A DNA stretch of 63,448 bases, the filler included, from Chrysochromulina tobinii (lineage: Eukaryota): the NCBI GenBank assembly GCA_001275005.1. It is 9 parts of 9 records of this genome, joined end to end, with 100 filler letters (N's around TTAATTAATTAA, not from the genome) between each part and the next. Parts side by side here need not be neighbours in the genome. Positions count along the whole stretch, not along the records: positions 1 to 16,979 come from JWZX01000726.1; 8 more parts are not named here. The stretch is one strand, 5' to 3'. This document shows positions 1 through 13,064 of the stretch, piece after piece. A program made the translations under genes and the position numbers. Every line of letters begins with the position of its first letter. Position 1 is the first letter of the stretch. The notes beneath the pieces were generated by a model, which searched no databases, was not told where the DNA came from, and worked only from the letters and a program-made list of their open reading frames with translations.

Positions 1-610
1 TTGCCAGTGCTCAGCGCCGGCGCGCGGGGCGGGACACGAGGTTGAAGGCGAGGGCGAGTGCAAAGAAAGCGAGGCAGCCAAGGGCGGATGGCGGCAGAGG
101 CGGCTCGTCTGCTGCGGCGACAAGAAAGACAAGGCCAAAGCTGGGCCTTTACCCTTGGAGCAACCTTCTCGCGCTGACCTCGCAAGCGGCTTTGTGGCTG
201 TGGCGCTCTTCCTCGTGGCGTGGCCCGGGCGCGTGGCAAGGCTGGGTGCAATTCAAAGGAAGGGCCGTTGTGAGGTACAATCATTGAGGTTTGTGCGGTA
301 TTCAGCCGTTTGCTCCTGCCGTGCGCGGACGTGATCGATTCACGATTGAGTGATTGCATACATTAGGGTTTGTGGGGTCCCATGATTTCGCAGGTGGGGG
401 TGTGAAATCACAGAGTACCATTGCAAAAAAGTGTTGCGTGAACAGTCTCGTGTGAATACTCGGCCGCTTACGGGCTTCACTCTTCGAAGTCCCCCTTGCT
501 GAGAAGCATTGACTTGACTCGACTTGACTGGACCAGGGACAGAACTTGACCACAGGAGACTGCAGGAGAGCGCAAGTAGAGAAGCGAAGTCGGCGTCCTT
601 CGTCGGTGCC

Positions 611-1282
611 ATGAAGCACGAGCATCATCTCGCTCGCACATGCTTGCAACTGCTATGTTTTGACGGCGCCATATCGATGGCCGCAAGTGGCTTCGCGGAG
701 ATTCAACCACTCAAGGCTGCGATGCTCACGAAGAGCTGGCGCGGGATGTTAGCCGAGGTGGACCAGAAGGTGGGAATTGTGCCAGAGCTCGGCGGTACAT
801 CGGTAGGGGTGAAGCGCTTTGGCCCCGAGCTGGAGCGGCGGACGCTGTGTGCAAGGCAGTTCGAACGATTTTACGAGTCCACGTTTGCCTTGGCTGCGGC
901 CGACAGATCGGAGGCACCTCTAGCCAAGCGAGAGCTTGTGCCATCACTAAGAATTGCCGACGCAAATCGTGGCGTCCTTGCCGCCGTGTATGCCTCGCTC
1001 GCGTCACCCTCGACGATGACTCTTGTTGAGCGAACCCCGAATGATGAGTGGAGCATTCTAGCGCTCACGATGAACCCAACAGAGCGGAAGATGGAGGTGA
1101 TCATCAACGCCGAGCTCGCAACGCTTGTCGAGCTTCGGGCATTTGCCTCGGCGAGCGGGTCGACGCTCCGCGTGCACGCTGACTGCAGAGCGACGCTTGC
1201 CGGCAGCGACGAGCAGTTAGGCCTCGTTCCCGTCGATTTAGGCGGGCTATGGTTCCGATGCAACCATGGAATATGCGATTGA
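611..1282 (+). CDS. Hypothetical protein
   Basis: Open frame (252 aa from 524; first ATG at 611) with globular composition and no recognised motif. Confidence 0.45.
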   Translation: MKHEHHLARTCLQLLCFDGAISMAASGFAEIQPLKAAMLTKSWRGMLAEVDQKVGIVPELGGTSVGVKRFGPELERRTLCARQFERFYESTFALAAADRSEAPLAKRELVPSLRIADANRGVLAAVYASLASPSTMTLVERTPNDEWSILALTMNPTERKMEVIINAELATLVELRAFASASGSTLRVHADCRATLAGSDEQLGLVPVDLGGLWFRCNHGICD

Positions 1283-1604
1283 GAATGTGTGTGTTGCGCC
1301 CGGGTTATATTTTAACGCCGTCCTCGTGCCCTCCTGTAGAAAAGTTTGTCTTTTGTCTCACCGGACCGTACCTAACGAGGCGAGCGACCATCGGGCGGCA
1401 AGCGAACGGCCCCTTGGGCTTGGCAGAGGGCGGTGCGCTTGATCTTGTGCCCAGGCCTGAACATGATTGTAGCAGTGTGGCTCTAAATCGAAACAGAAAG
1501 CTTCAGGGACGCACATTAAATTGGCGCAAAAACCGATGTTCATATTCACATCGCCCTCGCAGACGTGTTTGGGTGAGTTTCGTGGTGTGTTTTGCTGTGT
1601 CACG

Positions 1605-2354
1605 ATGCGCAACCATGCACCGCTCGGAGCGGCCCTGTATCCATTGCACGTGCCCACAAAGACCATGGGAAAGGCGTTGCTTGCAGCAGATGCCGCCTTC
1701 CGAGCGTTCACCAACCCTCGCGATGCGACCAGCGTTGGCGTGCTTGGTGAGGTGAGCGGCAGGCGAGCACTGCAGAGGATTCACTCGAGGATGGAGCGTC
1801 ATCCAGTGGGCCGAGCCGTGCTTCACGATCGGCCGCAAATCACGTCGCATACGCTCGACGGGATCTGCGGTCTGCCGCCACACACCTTTGGCGGTGCGTA
1901 TGCCGCATTCCTCAAGGAGCACGCCTTTGATCCAGACGAGCGTGCGCCTGTCCGCTTTGTCGACGACGCCGACCTTGCATACGTGATGCAGCGCTATCGT
2001 CAAGTGCACGACCTCTGGCACACGCTCTTCGGGCTGCCCCCGAGCTACTTTGGAGAGGTGGCGCTCAAATGGCTCGAGGCGGCCCAGACTGGCCTGCCCA
2101 TGTGCGTCGCGGGCGCCGCGGCCGGTGGCGTGCGGCTGCCCGTCGCGCAGCAATCCATCGTCACACGCCACGTGTTGCCATGGGCGGCACGGCATGCGGG
2201 CTCCACCGTAGACCTGATGAGCGTGTACTACGAGCGAGAGTGGGAGCGTCCACTGGAGGAGCTCCGCGAGGAGCTCCGGTTGGAGATGCCGCCGCCGGTC
2301 GTGCTCGAGCAGGCGCAGCACACTCGCCGCCGAGCGCGGCCAGATCCTCAATAA
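1605..2354 (+). CDS. COQ4: Ubiquinone biosynthesis protein COQ4
   Basis: Motifs LPPHTFGGAY, RAPVRFVDDADLAYVMQRYRQVHDLWHTL (HDxxH metal motif) and GEVALKWLEAAQTGLPMC. Confidence 0.93.
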   Translation: MRNHAPLGAALYPLHVPTKTMGKALLAADAAFRAFTNPRDATSVGVLGEVSGRRALQRIHSRMERHPVGRAVLHDRPQITSHTLDGICGLPPHTFGGAYAAFLKEHAFDPDERAPVRFVDDADLAYVMQRYRQVHDLWHTLFGLPPSYFGEVALKWLEAAQTGLPMCVAGAAAGGVRLPVAQQSIVTRHVLPWAARHAGSTVDLMSVYYEREWERPLEELREELRLEMPPPVVLEQAQHTRRRARPDPQ

Positions 2355-2489
2355 ATCGGCATGGAAAAATCAGCCTAAAATTTTATGTTGGGCTGCGTCA
2401 TATTTCGCGCTCCGATACACGTGGATACGAAATTCAACGAATCGATATACGTATTAACCGTTTAACCCTGGCAACCGCGTCGACACCTC

Positions 2490-3101
2490 TCACCTCTCGT
2501 ACAATCTGCGACGAGGCAATACACGCGCGCCGGCTCGCTCAATTGTCGCGAGGCATGTCGACACGCGTTCTCGCAGTGGTTCTGGCATCAAAGGACACAC
2601 GGTTCGCATCGTGCTTTCAACGCCCATTGAGGCGAAGCATAAGCAGATCAGCGGTTGCAATAGGCATGGTGCAGCTGGAGGCACGTCGTCTGTCAGCACA
2701 GCCAGCGCCGCATTGCTCTCCATCTCCAGCGCCAGCTGCAGCGCAGTGTGCTTTGGCAGAGCGTGGACTCCCCTGGTGGCGCTCACTGGCCGAGCCGGAG
2801 CCTTCACAGCTCCCATCGTACCAGGCAGCGGCACGTGGGCAGTCTCAAAGGGAGCTCCGTCGATGATTTCGTTCTCCAAGAAGTCCAACAAGTCGATCCG
2901 CTCGTCGAGCCGAACGTTGTTGTTGGATAGGATGCCATTAGTGCTATGCGGCGTAGCTTGTCGCTGCGCTTGTGGCTGTGGTGTTGCTTCGCAGCGCTCC
3001 TTCTCTGCCGCGGATGACTTCTCCGCTTCACGGCACGCCTGCTCACCAAGCGAGCAGCTCAGGGCCGCCCTGAGCGACAGCTCGGCCGATTCGTTGCGCA
3101 T
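2490..3101 (-). CDS. Hypothetical protein, partly coiled-coil
   Basis: Open frame with helical composition. Start is uncertain and no motif is recognised. Confidence 0.35.
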   Translation of the reverse strand: MRNESAELSLRAALSCSLGEQACREAEKSSAAEKERCEATPQPQAQRQATPHSTNGILSNNNVRLDERIDLLDFLENEIIDGAPFETAHVPLPGTMGAVKAPARPVSATRGVHALPKHTALQLALEMESNAALAVLTDDVPPAAPCLLQPLICLCFASMGVESTMRTVCPLMPEPLRERVSTCLATIERAGARVLPRRRLYER

Positions 3102-4222
3102 AGCGCTACTCTGTCTCGAGCAGGCGATCCAGGTCGGGTGCCCCGCCACCGCTCGTGTCGAAAGAAGCCCGAACGAAACCCGACTCGAGAGGGTTCATCG
3201 GAGATTCCAGCTCGCATCGGAGATTCTCATTTGAATGAGGTGAACTTTAGCAAATAAATATAACCTTGGGCACGTGGTTGGTATGATTGCGGTCACAAAC
3301 TAACAACACAAAGGCTGTCGTGCTAAGATCCCTAAAGTGCCCGTCACGCAAGACTGTTCCTGCTTCCAGTTCCCGCTTCCCGGACGCAGGGTGCTAAGAA
3401 GGTGCCAAGTAAGCAATTGCAAGTGAGGCTTTCTTGCGCGCGTGCCCCCGGCCCCGGCGGTCCTAACTCCTGTAACGGCCGGCGGCGCGAATGAGGAATG
3501 TATCGGGTTGTAGATCCTCGGATCGGGAACCGACAAACAGACCGAACAAGTCCGAGGTGCGATCTGCGAACACGGTCGAACGCGCGAAACCCAAACCGCG
3601 AACAAACTCCGAGAAACGGATTGGAAAGTCGAAAGAGCCCGGTTGCGGTTCAACTCTCACTGGCGGTGCTGTGTAAAAAATAGGGTATTCACTCTTCCCG
3701 CGGTGTCGGTGCGCTGGGCCGCGCAATTTGGGCCCTAATTGGGCCCGCGCGGCCACAATGCACAAAAGAAGCTGCGTGGCGAAAGCAACTAAAATGGTTC
3801 TTTCTCGGGTTCTCGCTTTCCCCGGTCGGTCTCGGTCGCACTACCACGAGTGCCCCCCTTGACGCGCGCATTTGCTTCGCGTATCGCGATCCCGCGGTTC
3901 GGCCGCTTCTCTCTTGCATGTGGTGTGCCGCGTCGTCAGGTCGTGCGTGGCCTGCTTGCGCTCTCACTCGTTGTCCCCCTCCCCTTGGTGCTCGGCTGCT
4001 CCGGTGCATCTCCACTACGTGCCGGCACACGCCAGAGCGCTCTCGGCTCGTGCGCCACCCCGCGCCTCCAGTGCTATGTGTGCACAAGCCACGGAGCGAT
4101 GTGGCTGATCTCTGCGCTCTCCACCCGTGCGCGCGCCGTCGAGCGGCCGCCCGGCGTGGCACTGTGTGGCGCGTAACCAATGCGTCTCACATGTCGTCCG
4201 TGTGACGGTCTAAAGTGAGGCT

Positions 4223-7200
4223 TTAACGGCCGCGGCCGCCGCCCTGGCGCCCAGAGCCGCCGCGACTGTTGCTCCGGCCGCGCCCGCCGCTGCGGTTGTT
4301 GCCGCGCCCGGCGCGCCCGCCACGGGAGGGTGCGCCAGGTGGCGGCCGTTGCGACATCCACTCCTGGATCAGACGGCGAAGTGCCATGTTGGGCGTGAGC
4401 GCCAGGTGCGCTAGAGGCTCTCCGGTCAGCGGCGACATGGCAGAGTGCAGCAGCCACTGCTCGATGGCCACGCGCTCGTACGACTGGCCGTCGGCCGTTA
4501 CTACCGGATCCACCATCACATCATGCGTGATCGGGCATAGGTAATCTGCAGGCTCGTCCTCCTCCCCGCGCTTCAGACCGCCCAGCGCAAGCGCCGTGGC
4601 GGTGTGCGACGACGCGTTGCTCGCGGTCTTGGCCATGGTCGCCCGCTGCAGCGCCTCGTCGGCCGCGCGGAGTGACGCGGCGGTCGCCTCGGCCGCCGCG
4701 CGGGCAGTCGCCTCCGCTCGATCCTTCGCCGCCGCCGCCGCCGCCGCGGCCGCCAAGTCCATGGCAGGGACTGATGCGGCAGAGGAAGGCTCGGCTGAGG
4801 CGGTGCTCAACCAAGCTTCGGCCTCCGCGTCCGCGTCCGCCGCCTCCGCGAGCCATGCCTCGGCAGCGGCCTGCTCCGCGGCCTCCTCCTCGGTCAGCTC
4901 GAGCGGGTCGATGCGCGCCGTGTCGGGCGAAGCTTCCGCAGCACTCGGCGCGAGCGCGGGGGGTATCGGGATGGCAACTGCCGCAACAGGCACTGCGGGC
5001 AGCTGAGCGGCAGGTAGGACCACCGTCGACGTCGACACCTCGCCATGCTCTGCCACGGCCTCGCCCCCCACCGTCGCCGGCCGTGAGGCTGTAGTCTCCG
5101 GTTCGGTTGGAGCCGCAGCCTTCACATCCGAGCCGAAGGGATCAGTCGAGCCTAATATGGCATCCGAGCGGGCCGCGGCTGCCACATTAGGGTGGACCGC
5201 GGCTGCCTTCGGGAGGAGTCCTTGCGACGCCGACGCCGACGCCGACGCCGCTGGCTTCGCCGCCGTCTTGGGCGCCGCCACCTCGGGCGGGCTGATAGTC
5301 GCCGTCGGGACACTGGCGGCGTCGGCCGTTGCCGCCACCTCCTTACCTCCCTTCTTCTTCTTACCGGCGGCAGCCGCACCAGCGGCCGCACCGGCGGCCG
5401 CTGCAGCCCCGGCGGTGGGAGGCGAAGGCGGCGAGGGGGCGGAGGGTGCGGCAGCAGCCGAAGACGGCTGGACGGCCGATGGCTTGTGCGCAGGCGTCGC
5501 TACGGACGCTTTGGTCTTCGACGAAGAGGTCGTCGCAGGAGGCTCTTCATCCTCCGAGGCTCTTCTTCCACCCACGCGGTCGCGGTCGCGGCGAGCGTGC
5601 TTGTCACGCCCGCCGCCGCCGCCCCGATCGGCGGCGCCACCAGCCATGCCCTTGCCGGCGAGGAGGCGTTCACTGAGTTGCACCATGCCCGCGGCGCGCG
5701 CGATGCGCGCGTACACCCCCAGCGCGGCCGGCATGCTCATCGGTGCTACCGCTGCGAGCAGCAGCGCACCGATCGGCAGGTGGGGACGATAGAAGAGCTC
5801 CCCCCACGCATTGCTTGGGGTCATCAGGTATGCGAGGGCCGTCCACTTGCGCGTGCGTGCGTGCGGCGTGTCGGAGCGAAGCCCGATGGCTACCAGCACG
5901 AGGGCAGCGAGGCTCAGCGCGGGTGGCAGCAACACCGCCCAGTGAGGCTGGCTCGGCAGCACAGCGCCGGTGCTCAGCCCCTCGGCATCGGTCTCCACCA
6001 GAGATGGGAGCAAGCCGATGAGAAGGAGGGCACGCAAGAGCACGGGAGCAAAGCAGAGAACGCGCCAGACCTGCAGCCGTGGCGAGCGCGCCCACATTTC
6101 CCAACCATCACGCCAGTCGGTGGCGCGCTCTCCCAGCCCAGCGGAGGAGGAGGAGGAGGCACCGCCTTCAGTGATCAACGAGATCGCCGCCGGCAATGCG
6201 GCGGCGAAGGCATCCGTCTCAGGCCGACGTGCAAAGTATGGGCGCGCCTCGAGCAGCGGCCACCAGTCAGGCGCAGCGCTGGAGCTTCCGAGGACACTCC
6301 CAGTGGCGGCGGAGGTGGCCGCGCGCGCCGCGAGGGTAGCTGCGTCGGCCGCCGCCCAGGGCGGCGCGGAGAACGGCCACAGACGCACGAGGCCACCTCC
6401 ATAGAGCCCTCCCTCGAGCAGTCGCGAGAGCAGCACAAAGACCCCACTGGCGACACTCAGCCAGGCAAGCTGAACATTGGGCTGCGACTGCAGCACGCCG
6501 TCGGCGGCCAAGAAGATGGCGCCGATAGAGCCGGTAGAGGCGGCGGCGGCGAGCAACGCGAAGAGCAGGGTATCCTCAGGCGCGACCATCAAGCCCATCG
6601 GAAACAAGGCCGCCGGGCCAAGCAGCGCGATCGAGTACACCGCCAGGCTGAAGGAGCGATCGTGCACCGGCGTGTTGGCATGTGTGCGCCACGTGAGCCG
6701 CGCGGCGGCGAACAGTATCCCGCCAAGGCAGAGCGCGCCGACAGTGGTGACCGCCTCGGCCTGGCTCATAAGTTGCCATACCATCCCGTGCAACGTGCTC
6801 ACTGGAGCAGCCGCGGCGCGAGGACAGCCTGGCAGTGGCTGCGCGCGAAGGAGCGCGAAGGGCGCGCCGAACAGGAAGGCGCCGCCCGCCATCGCCGACA
6901 CGTCAGCACCTCCGATGGCCACATCGTCACTTGACAAGCCCTCGAGGGCGTCACCGCCGCTCCCGCTGACGCTCCCAGCACTGCCGGTCCAGCTGCCAAC
7001 CTCACCGGTAGCTGGCGTGAGGAGTGGGAGAAGGAAGCGCAGCTGGACGGCGCAGCACAGGAGCACCGAGGCAGACGCGCCGAAAAGGGCACCTAGTAGC
7101 GCGCCCAGGACGCTCGATTTCTTCTCCTCGAGCGCCGCGGCCGCCGCGGCCTGGGCCGCAGCGCCGCCACCGCTGCCGCTGCTGCTGGCGCCGCCACCAC

Positions 7201-9549
7201 CACCCACACCGGCACTCCCTCCGGCGCCCATGGCAGCGACGCCGCCGCCCGCACTCGCCTCGCGGTGCTGACGATGGAGCTTCGACGCGGCGACGAGGGC
7301 GACGCGTACGTGCCGCACCGCATACATGGCAAACACGAGCGCCGCCGGCAAAGCGAGCAGTGCGGCAAGCGCGCCGAGAGCGAGCGTGTGCGGGTGGCAC
7401 GGACCAGGCAGCCAGAGCAGAGCGACGAATCGCAGCACCGACGGCATCAGCATGGAGAGCAGCAAGGCCGAGTGCGAGGGCGGCTCGGAGGCGCCGAACC
7501 GATGGAGCTCAACCGAGGCATAGCCGGTGCCGAGTGCCGCCGCCAAGTGTACCCCGTCGAGGTGTGACGCGCCCGCCGCCGCTGCCTCAAGCACCTCCGC
7601 CGCTGACAAGCGCACAGGCGGATGCGAGCTCGTCCAGGGCGTGCCCGCCCTGGGAGTGCTGATCTCCCTGATCTCCCTGGGCAAGAGTTTCGCCGCCACC
7701 ATCTCCTCGGCAGTCGAGGTCGACTCGCCAGCCACCACGGCCGCCGCCGCGGCCGCCGCCGCGGCCGCCGCCGCGACGGCAACTGCCTCGTGGGCGACGG
7801 TCGCGGAGAGGGCGCTGGTCGCCGCGGGAGAGGCAGAGGGCGCCGCAGTGAGAAAGGTGGCGGCCGTCGAGGCGGCGACAGGGGCGGTGACGGCCGCCCT
7901 CGCGGCACGCTCCGCGCTTGCCAGAGCCGCGGACACGGCCTGAGCGGGCGCATTGAAGGTAACGGCTTCGGTGGCGAGGAGGAGCAGCAGCGTGGTGCCT
8001 ACAGCACACAGCTGTGCTTCCCACGGAGGCCGTAAACCTGGGTACGCGGGCAGCGTGGGCAGCCGACGGAGCGCCGCGAAGGCGGCTAGCACGATGCTCA
8101 GGTGCAGCAGTCCCGAGCCCGCGGCCGGTTGGCCGCTGGTCGCATGCAAGAGGAGCCCGCCCGCCCCAATCCACGTGCAGAGGGAGGTGAGCATTGGCGC
8201 GCCGCCGCCGCGCACGCGCGCTGAGAGGTGCAGGAGTAGCGCGAGCACACACGCGGTGCCGATCGTCGCGGCGCGCCAAAGACCGCCCGAGGGCGGGAAC
8301 GAGAGCGTCGGCAGAACCCATGCCCGCAGGAGCGGCACGCTGACCACTAGCACCGTCGCGGCCAGCAAGCCGCACTCTGTGAGCTTCGTGGGGTTCTCCC
8401 CGAGCTCGCTGATGGCCGCGCCGCTGCCGGGCGCGACGCCACTGGCGGCCGCACCGGCCACGCTGCCGCCGCCGCCGCCGCCGCCGCCGCGGCTCGTGCC
8501 GCGCGTGCCGCGCGTGCAGGTGAGCGCGACTATGAGCGATCCAAATGCGACGCTTGCGGCCGCGGCGACCGACCAGGTGGCTAGAGGTGCATCGGCGGGT
8601 AGCAGCAGCTGCGAGAGGACGCGCGCGGCGAGGGCGAGATGCAGGAGCGTGCGGAAGCCGACGAGCAGCGCGCGGCAGAGCACCGACGGGCGCGCCGCGC
8701 CGCGCTCGCGCTCAATGGTGCCACATGCCCACCACGACGCGAGTAGCAGCTGCAGCTCGAGAGCGTAGAGGGCCTTGCTGCCCGTCCACGCCGTTGGGAG
8801 TACGGGTGGCGTGCTCAGCAGCACGCGCATCACGGCGCCCAGCCAGAGCACGCCCGCGAGCGCGGACAGGAGGCGGCAAGGCAGCCAGCGCGCGAAGGCC
8901 CGGAACGGCGCTCCTGTGAGAGGATCGACGACGACGAGGTTGGCCGGCTGCTCTGTGAGTGTGAACAGCTCCGATGCAGAGACGGCGCACCAGAAGGCCA
9001 TGCCGGAGGGCACGACGGCGCGCGGCGCGATCGCGAGGCACGCAAGGCCCAAAGCCGCGCCGCCGCCGCCGCCGGGGAGCCATACCCAGCCGGAGCGCGG
9101 CCTCCACTCCGTCAGTTGAAGAGCTCCGAACGTGAGCGCAATCACCGCGAGCGCCGCCGCCATCGTCGGCAGATCTTCGGGCAGCTCGCCCAACACGGCG
9201 CGCCAGAGCACCGGCCCGGTGATCGGCGCCTTGAGGGAGGGGCCACCGCACGCGAGCCACATGAGCGCGAGAGGCGTGGGCAGCTGTTGGTACGCTGTCA
9301 TCAGCACCTCTGCCGAATCAGGCATGTCCAAATTAGGGTCGGATGCGCCCGCCGCCGCGGCGGCCATCGCTCGCACTGCGGCGACAGGGTCGATCCGAGC
9401 CGCCGCGCTGGCCCAGGGGGCTGCGCCACCCTCGCTGCTGCACCACGCCGCCGTGGCCGCCGTCGCTGGCGACGAGCACACCTCTGCGCATCGGTCGTTC
9501 ACGCACTGGCCCGCAGCACCGACTGCCGCCGCCGCCGCTGCGGCAGGAT

Positions 9550-9580
<31 letters not shown>

Positions 9581-10576
9581 CCGGCGCAGCACGGCTGCGA
9601 GCGCCGTCGGCAGCTCGGCGCCGATGAGCAGCAGCCACCCACCAAAATGCCACCCGGATAGGGATGGGCGGTACCCGTTGTTGACACCGTTCCTTCCATT
9701 TCCGCGATAGTCGTCTTGCTCGTACGAGTCGTACGAGTCATACGACGCATCGTCGCGGTAGTCGTCGTAGTCATCGTCGTCCTCGGCGGCGGCGGCGCCG
9801 CCGCCACCCGCCGCGCACCGCGCCGCGTACGCCTCCGCCGCGTCCGCTTCCGCCTCGAAGTCGAGACCTGTCCAGCAGATGAGAAGCGCCGCCAGGGCGA
9901 GCAGCGGCGTGACGAGACCCACCGGTTCCTCGGTGGGCGGCGCGCTCGCGTCGGCGAAGAGCGCACCGAGGTGGCCCGACAGCCGCAGTAGTGGGCACAG
10001 CAGTAGCATCAGGAACAACCCGTACTGTCGGTGCGGCATCGACCACCACGCCCATCCAGGCATCCAGCGTGATGGGTTGCGCGCCACCGCCGCGCTCCGC
10101 TCGAGCGAGCGCCACCACACGACCACGGGCGCGATTCCCACGGTGGTTGTGAGGACCCAGTGGCCCCACCATTCGCCGACTCCGTATTCTCTCGCGAGCG
10201 GTGCGAGAAGCCCATGCGGGTAGCATCGCACCCGCAGCACACCGAGGGTGAGTGACAGGATGCCGATGAGCCCGAGGATCCACTTGCGCGCACCGTGGTC
10301 CGGGCGCGCGCCAGCTGGCAGCAGATGATGGCCCTCCCAAAGCAGCAGCCGCTGGTACATGCTGATGCTGAGATACGGCAGCGAGCACAGTGCGGCACGC
10401 CACACCGCACTCTCCCGGACCCACCGCTCGACGCCTGGGGCTAGGACCGTGAGGAGCGACCAGACGACCAGGAAGACCGGGAAGGTGAACATTCCCACGA
10501 GCGAACCCCAATCGCGCAGCGCCGGCATCCGCTGCACCACGTGCCCGCAGATGAGCATGGGTACGAGAGCTTCCAT
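4223..10576 (-). CDS. Large multi-pass membrane protein with C-terminal U-box E3 ligase domain and RGG tail
   Basis: 2117-aa uninterrupted ORF with many hydrophobic helices. The C-terminal PADYLCPITHDVMVDPVVTADGQSYERVAIEQWL...SPLTGEPL...PNMALRRLIQEW is a U-box. Confidence 0.85.
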
Positions 10577-10833
10577 AGTCCACCGAGCACGGACCTTTGC
10601 GTGTTCCTTCCGCTTTTGAGAGTCAGAATGCGGAGCTCACATCGGCTCCTTATCGGCGTCATTTTACGACGAAGTGTGCTTGACGAAAACTACCTGTACA
10701 GTTAGGAGCATTTATTTTTGGTGCGCTGTCACTATTGTGTCTCGTTGCAAGAAAAGCGATCACCCCAGCGACCCAAGCGTACTGCCGATCGGCAGTGCAG
10801 TGCGTACTCCCAGCAAACTGCCGATCGCTTCCA

Positions 10834-11474
10834 ATGCTGCTGCTACTGCTACTCGCCATCGGGCCATCGAGCGCATTGAGGCTCGGCTCCAACGGCTTGG
10901 AATACACCGCTGCTGCTCGGCCGGTCTTGCGGCGCGCCAGCAATGTGATCGCCCGTGAGATCCTGCCGCTGGCGTCTGAGGCCGAGTATGATCGCGCGAT
11001 TGACGAGGCCATGGCCGCCAACAATGTTGTCGTCATCAAGTTCTATGCGAGCTGGTGCCGTGCGTGCAAGGCAATGCATCCCAAGTTTGAGCAGCTCGCT
11101 GATAGCTTTCCGCAGATGCAGTTCCGTGAGATCTTGTTCGACGAGAACAAGAAGCTCGCTAAGCGACTGGGCATCAAGATCCTACCCTACATGCATGTGC
11201 CTCGAGCTCGAGCTCGCGCGACGGCCACCACTACCGCGCATGCGTGTGGCCTCCATGCGGCCCGCCCGCCCGCCCCACTGACTGACCGCACAAGTTCGAG
11301 ACTTGTCGTTGCAGGGAGATTATCGCCGGTAACAAGGGGAAGATTGAGGGCTTCACGTGCGGGCCGAGCAAAATCTCCTTGCTCATGAGCAAGCTCGAAA
11401 GCGTGAACGAGGAGTATTGCGATGCTGAGACGATGGAGTGCACCGATGTGTCGGTAATTCTAGAAGCGGAGTGA
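10834..11474 (+). CDS. Thioredoxin-like protein (WCRAC) with N-terminal signal/bipartite peptide; 2 exons
   Basis: VVIKFYASWCRACKAMHPKF. Splicing a GC-AG intron at 11193-11314 restores ILPYMEIIAGNKGKIEGFTCGPSKI through to TGA at 11472-11474. Confidence 0.85.
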
Positions 11475-11741
11475 CGAATGTGCCGTCCCGAGAGCGCTGC
11501 GCGCGCGCGCTCCGCGCCGGAGTGTCGCGCGCGGCGCGGCGACCCATCCACGGCCTTCAACCTTCAAGTCGGTCCAACCGTGTTCGTGCGGTGTGGCGCC
11601 GACATAACCGGAGCGGGGACACACACGGTACGATAAACTCTTTAACCTTTAAGATATAAACCGGTAGATCACACGACTCCGAACACAGCGGGCCGCTCAC
11701 ACGCGCGTGTGGCGTCACTCGACTGGCGTCGAGCCGTCAGG

Positions 11742-13064
11742 TCACGCCAGGGGGGCGAGGCCCCGAAGGAGCCGACGGAGCACAGCGTGCATAAGCAGGG
11801 CGAGCGGCGTGGCGATGGCGTAGCCGGCATTGCCCACGAGCAGCGCGGGCGCGACGAGCGACGGCCAGCCGTTGCCGGAGGCCAGTGCGCTCGCCGTCGC
11901 GGGACCTCCGATGTTAGCATTGGAGCCCACGAGAGCAAGTTGCAGGTGCGCGCAGCGTTGGATGAACGGCATGGCGGGGAGTGTCTTACGTGCAAGGGCG
12001 CTGATGCCTAGGATGATGGCGAGGTGTACTGCGTAGAGGATGGTCAGGAAACCAAGCAGAACCGGCCCAGCGCCCAGCAGCGCTGCACTGCCCAGTGAGC
12101 CACCTGTCCATCCCGCGCTTGCAAAGAAGATGAAGAGTCCAGTGCTCCCGAGCTCTGACGCACTTGGAGCGAGAGGGCCAAGCCACTGCGGCGCGAGAGT
12201 GGCGGCGGCCACTGTGAGGACGCTGGCGATCGGCAGCTCGAAGCCTTGGAGAGGGAGGGAGTGGGCCGCGAGCACGCGCGAGGCGGCCGTCGCCACTAGC
12301 CCCACTGCGAGCGCGGCACCCTGGCGCCCGTCGTCGGTGCGTGCCTCCATAGGAGCCAGGGGCGAGGGCTCGGCATCGCCATCGGCGGTGGCGTCGCTCA
12401 CCGCGGCGTCGGCCGCGGGCAGGTCGGGCAAGCCGCGGCCAAGCCATGCCACAAGCGGGAAATACACGAGCGCCATTACGTTGTCCACCGCCAGTGCGGT
12501 CGCAAATGCCAGAGGCGACATGCGGAGAGCCGCGGCGACCGCCACAAAATTCAGGCCTCCACCAATATTCTTGGCCATGAGCGCGCAGGCCGCGATCAAG
12601 GCGTCGGCGCCGAGCACGGCGGTCAATGGAGCCTGCAGCAGCGCAACTCCTGCCACAGTGCCCGCGCAGGTGCCAACTGTCCCGAGCAAGAAGGCTGGAA
12701 CCATCCTGGTCGCCCTTTTGCCGACGGCCCGCAGGTCGGCGTTGAGCAGCAGCAACGGCGTCGCCAGCTGCACGGCGAGCCCTTGCGCACCCGTGACTGC
12801 TTTCGTGGCCTCAGGAAGCACATGCGCGGCCGTCAGCACAAACGTGACCACCATGGCACAGACGGGTGCCGACAGGGCTCGGCCCACTGCTGTTGTTCCA
12901 AATCCTCGCCCCACGATGGCGGACGCGGCGAGAATGGCAAAGACTGACCACGAGTCATCTGCCACGGCGTCTGGAAACAGTGAAGCAATCGGAGCCACCG
13001 AGCGCGAGGCGACGATCGGCGGACGCAGCGCAGGCAGCAGCCTCACCATCATCAGCGTTTTCAT
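11742..13064 (-). CDS. DUF819-family multi-pass membrane protein, probably plastid-targeted
   Basis: LATPLLLLNADLR, NIGGGLNFVAVA, AVDNVMALVYF and SNANIGGPATA motifs, plus an N-terminal transit-like peptide. Confidence 0.8.
   Translation of the reverse strand: MKTLMMVRLLPALRPPIVASRSVAPIASLFPDAVADDSWSVFAILAASAIVGRGFGTTAVGRALSAPVCAMVVTFVLTAAHVLPEATKAVTGAQGLAVQLATPLLLLNADLRAVGKRATRMVPAFLLGTVGTCAGTVAGVALLQAPLTAVLGADALIAACALMAKNIGGGLNFVAVAAALRMSPLAFATALAVDNVMALVYFPLVAWLGRGLPDLPAADAAVSDATADGDAEPSPLAPMEARTDDGRQGAALAVGLVATAASRVLAAHSLPLQGFELPIASVLTVAAATLAPQWLGPLAPSASELGSTGLFIFFASAGWTGGSLGSAALLGAGPVLLGFLTILYAVHLAIILGISALARKTLPAMPFIQRCAHLQLALVGSNANIGGPATASALASGNGWPSLVAPALLVGNAGYAIATPLALLMHAVLRRLLRGLAPLA

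Noticed and set aside
4269..10583. Many long overlapping antisense or alternative-frame ORFs (also opposite COQ4, CK1, the kinase and the copia ORF)
   Set aside because: They are shadows of GC-rich coding sequence, with Arg/Ala/Pro-rich translations and no motifs.
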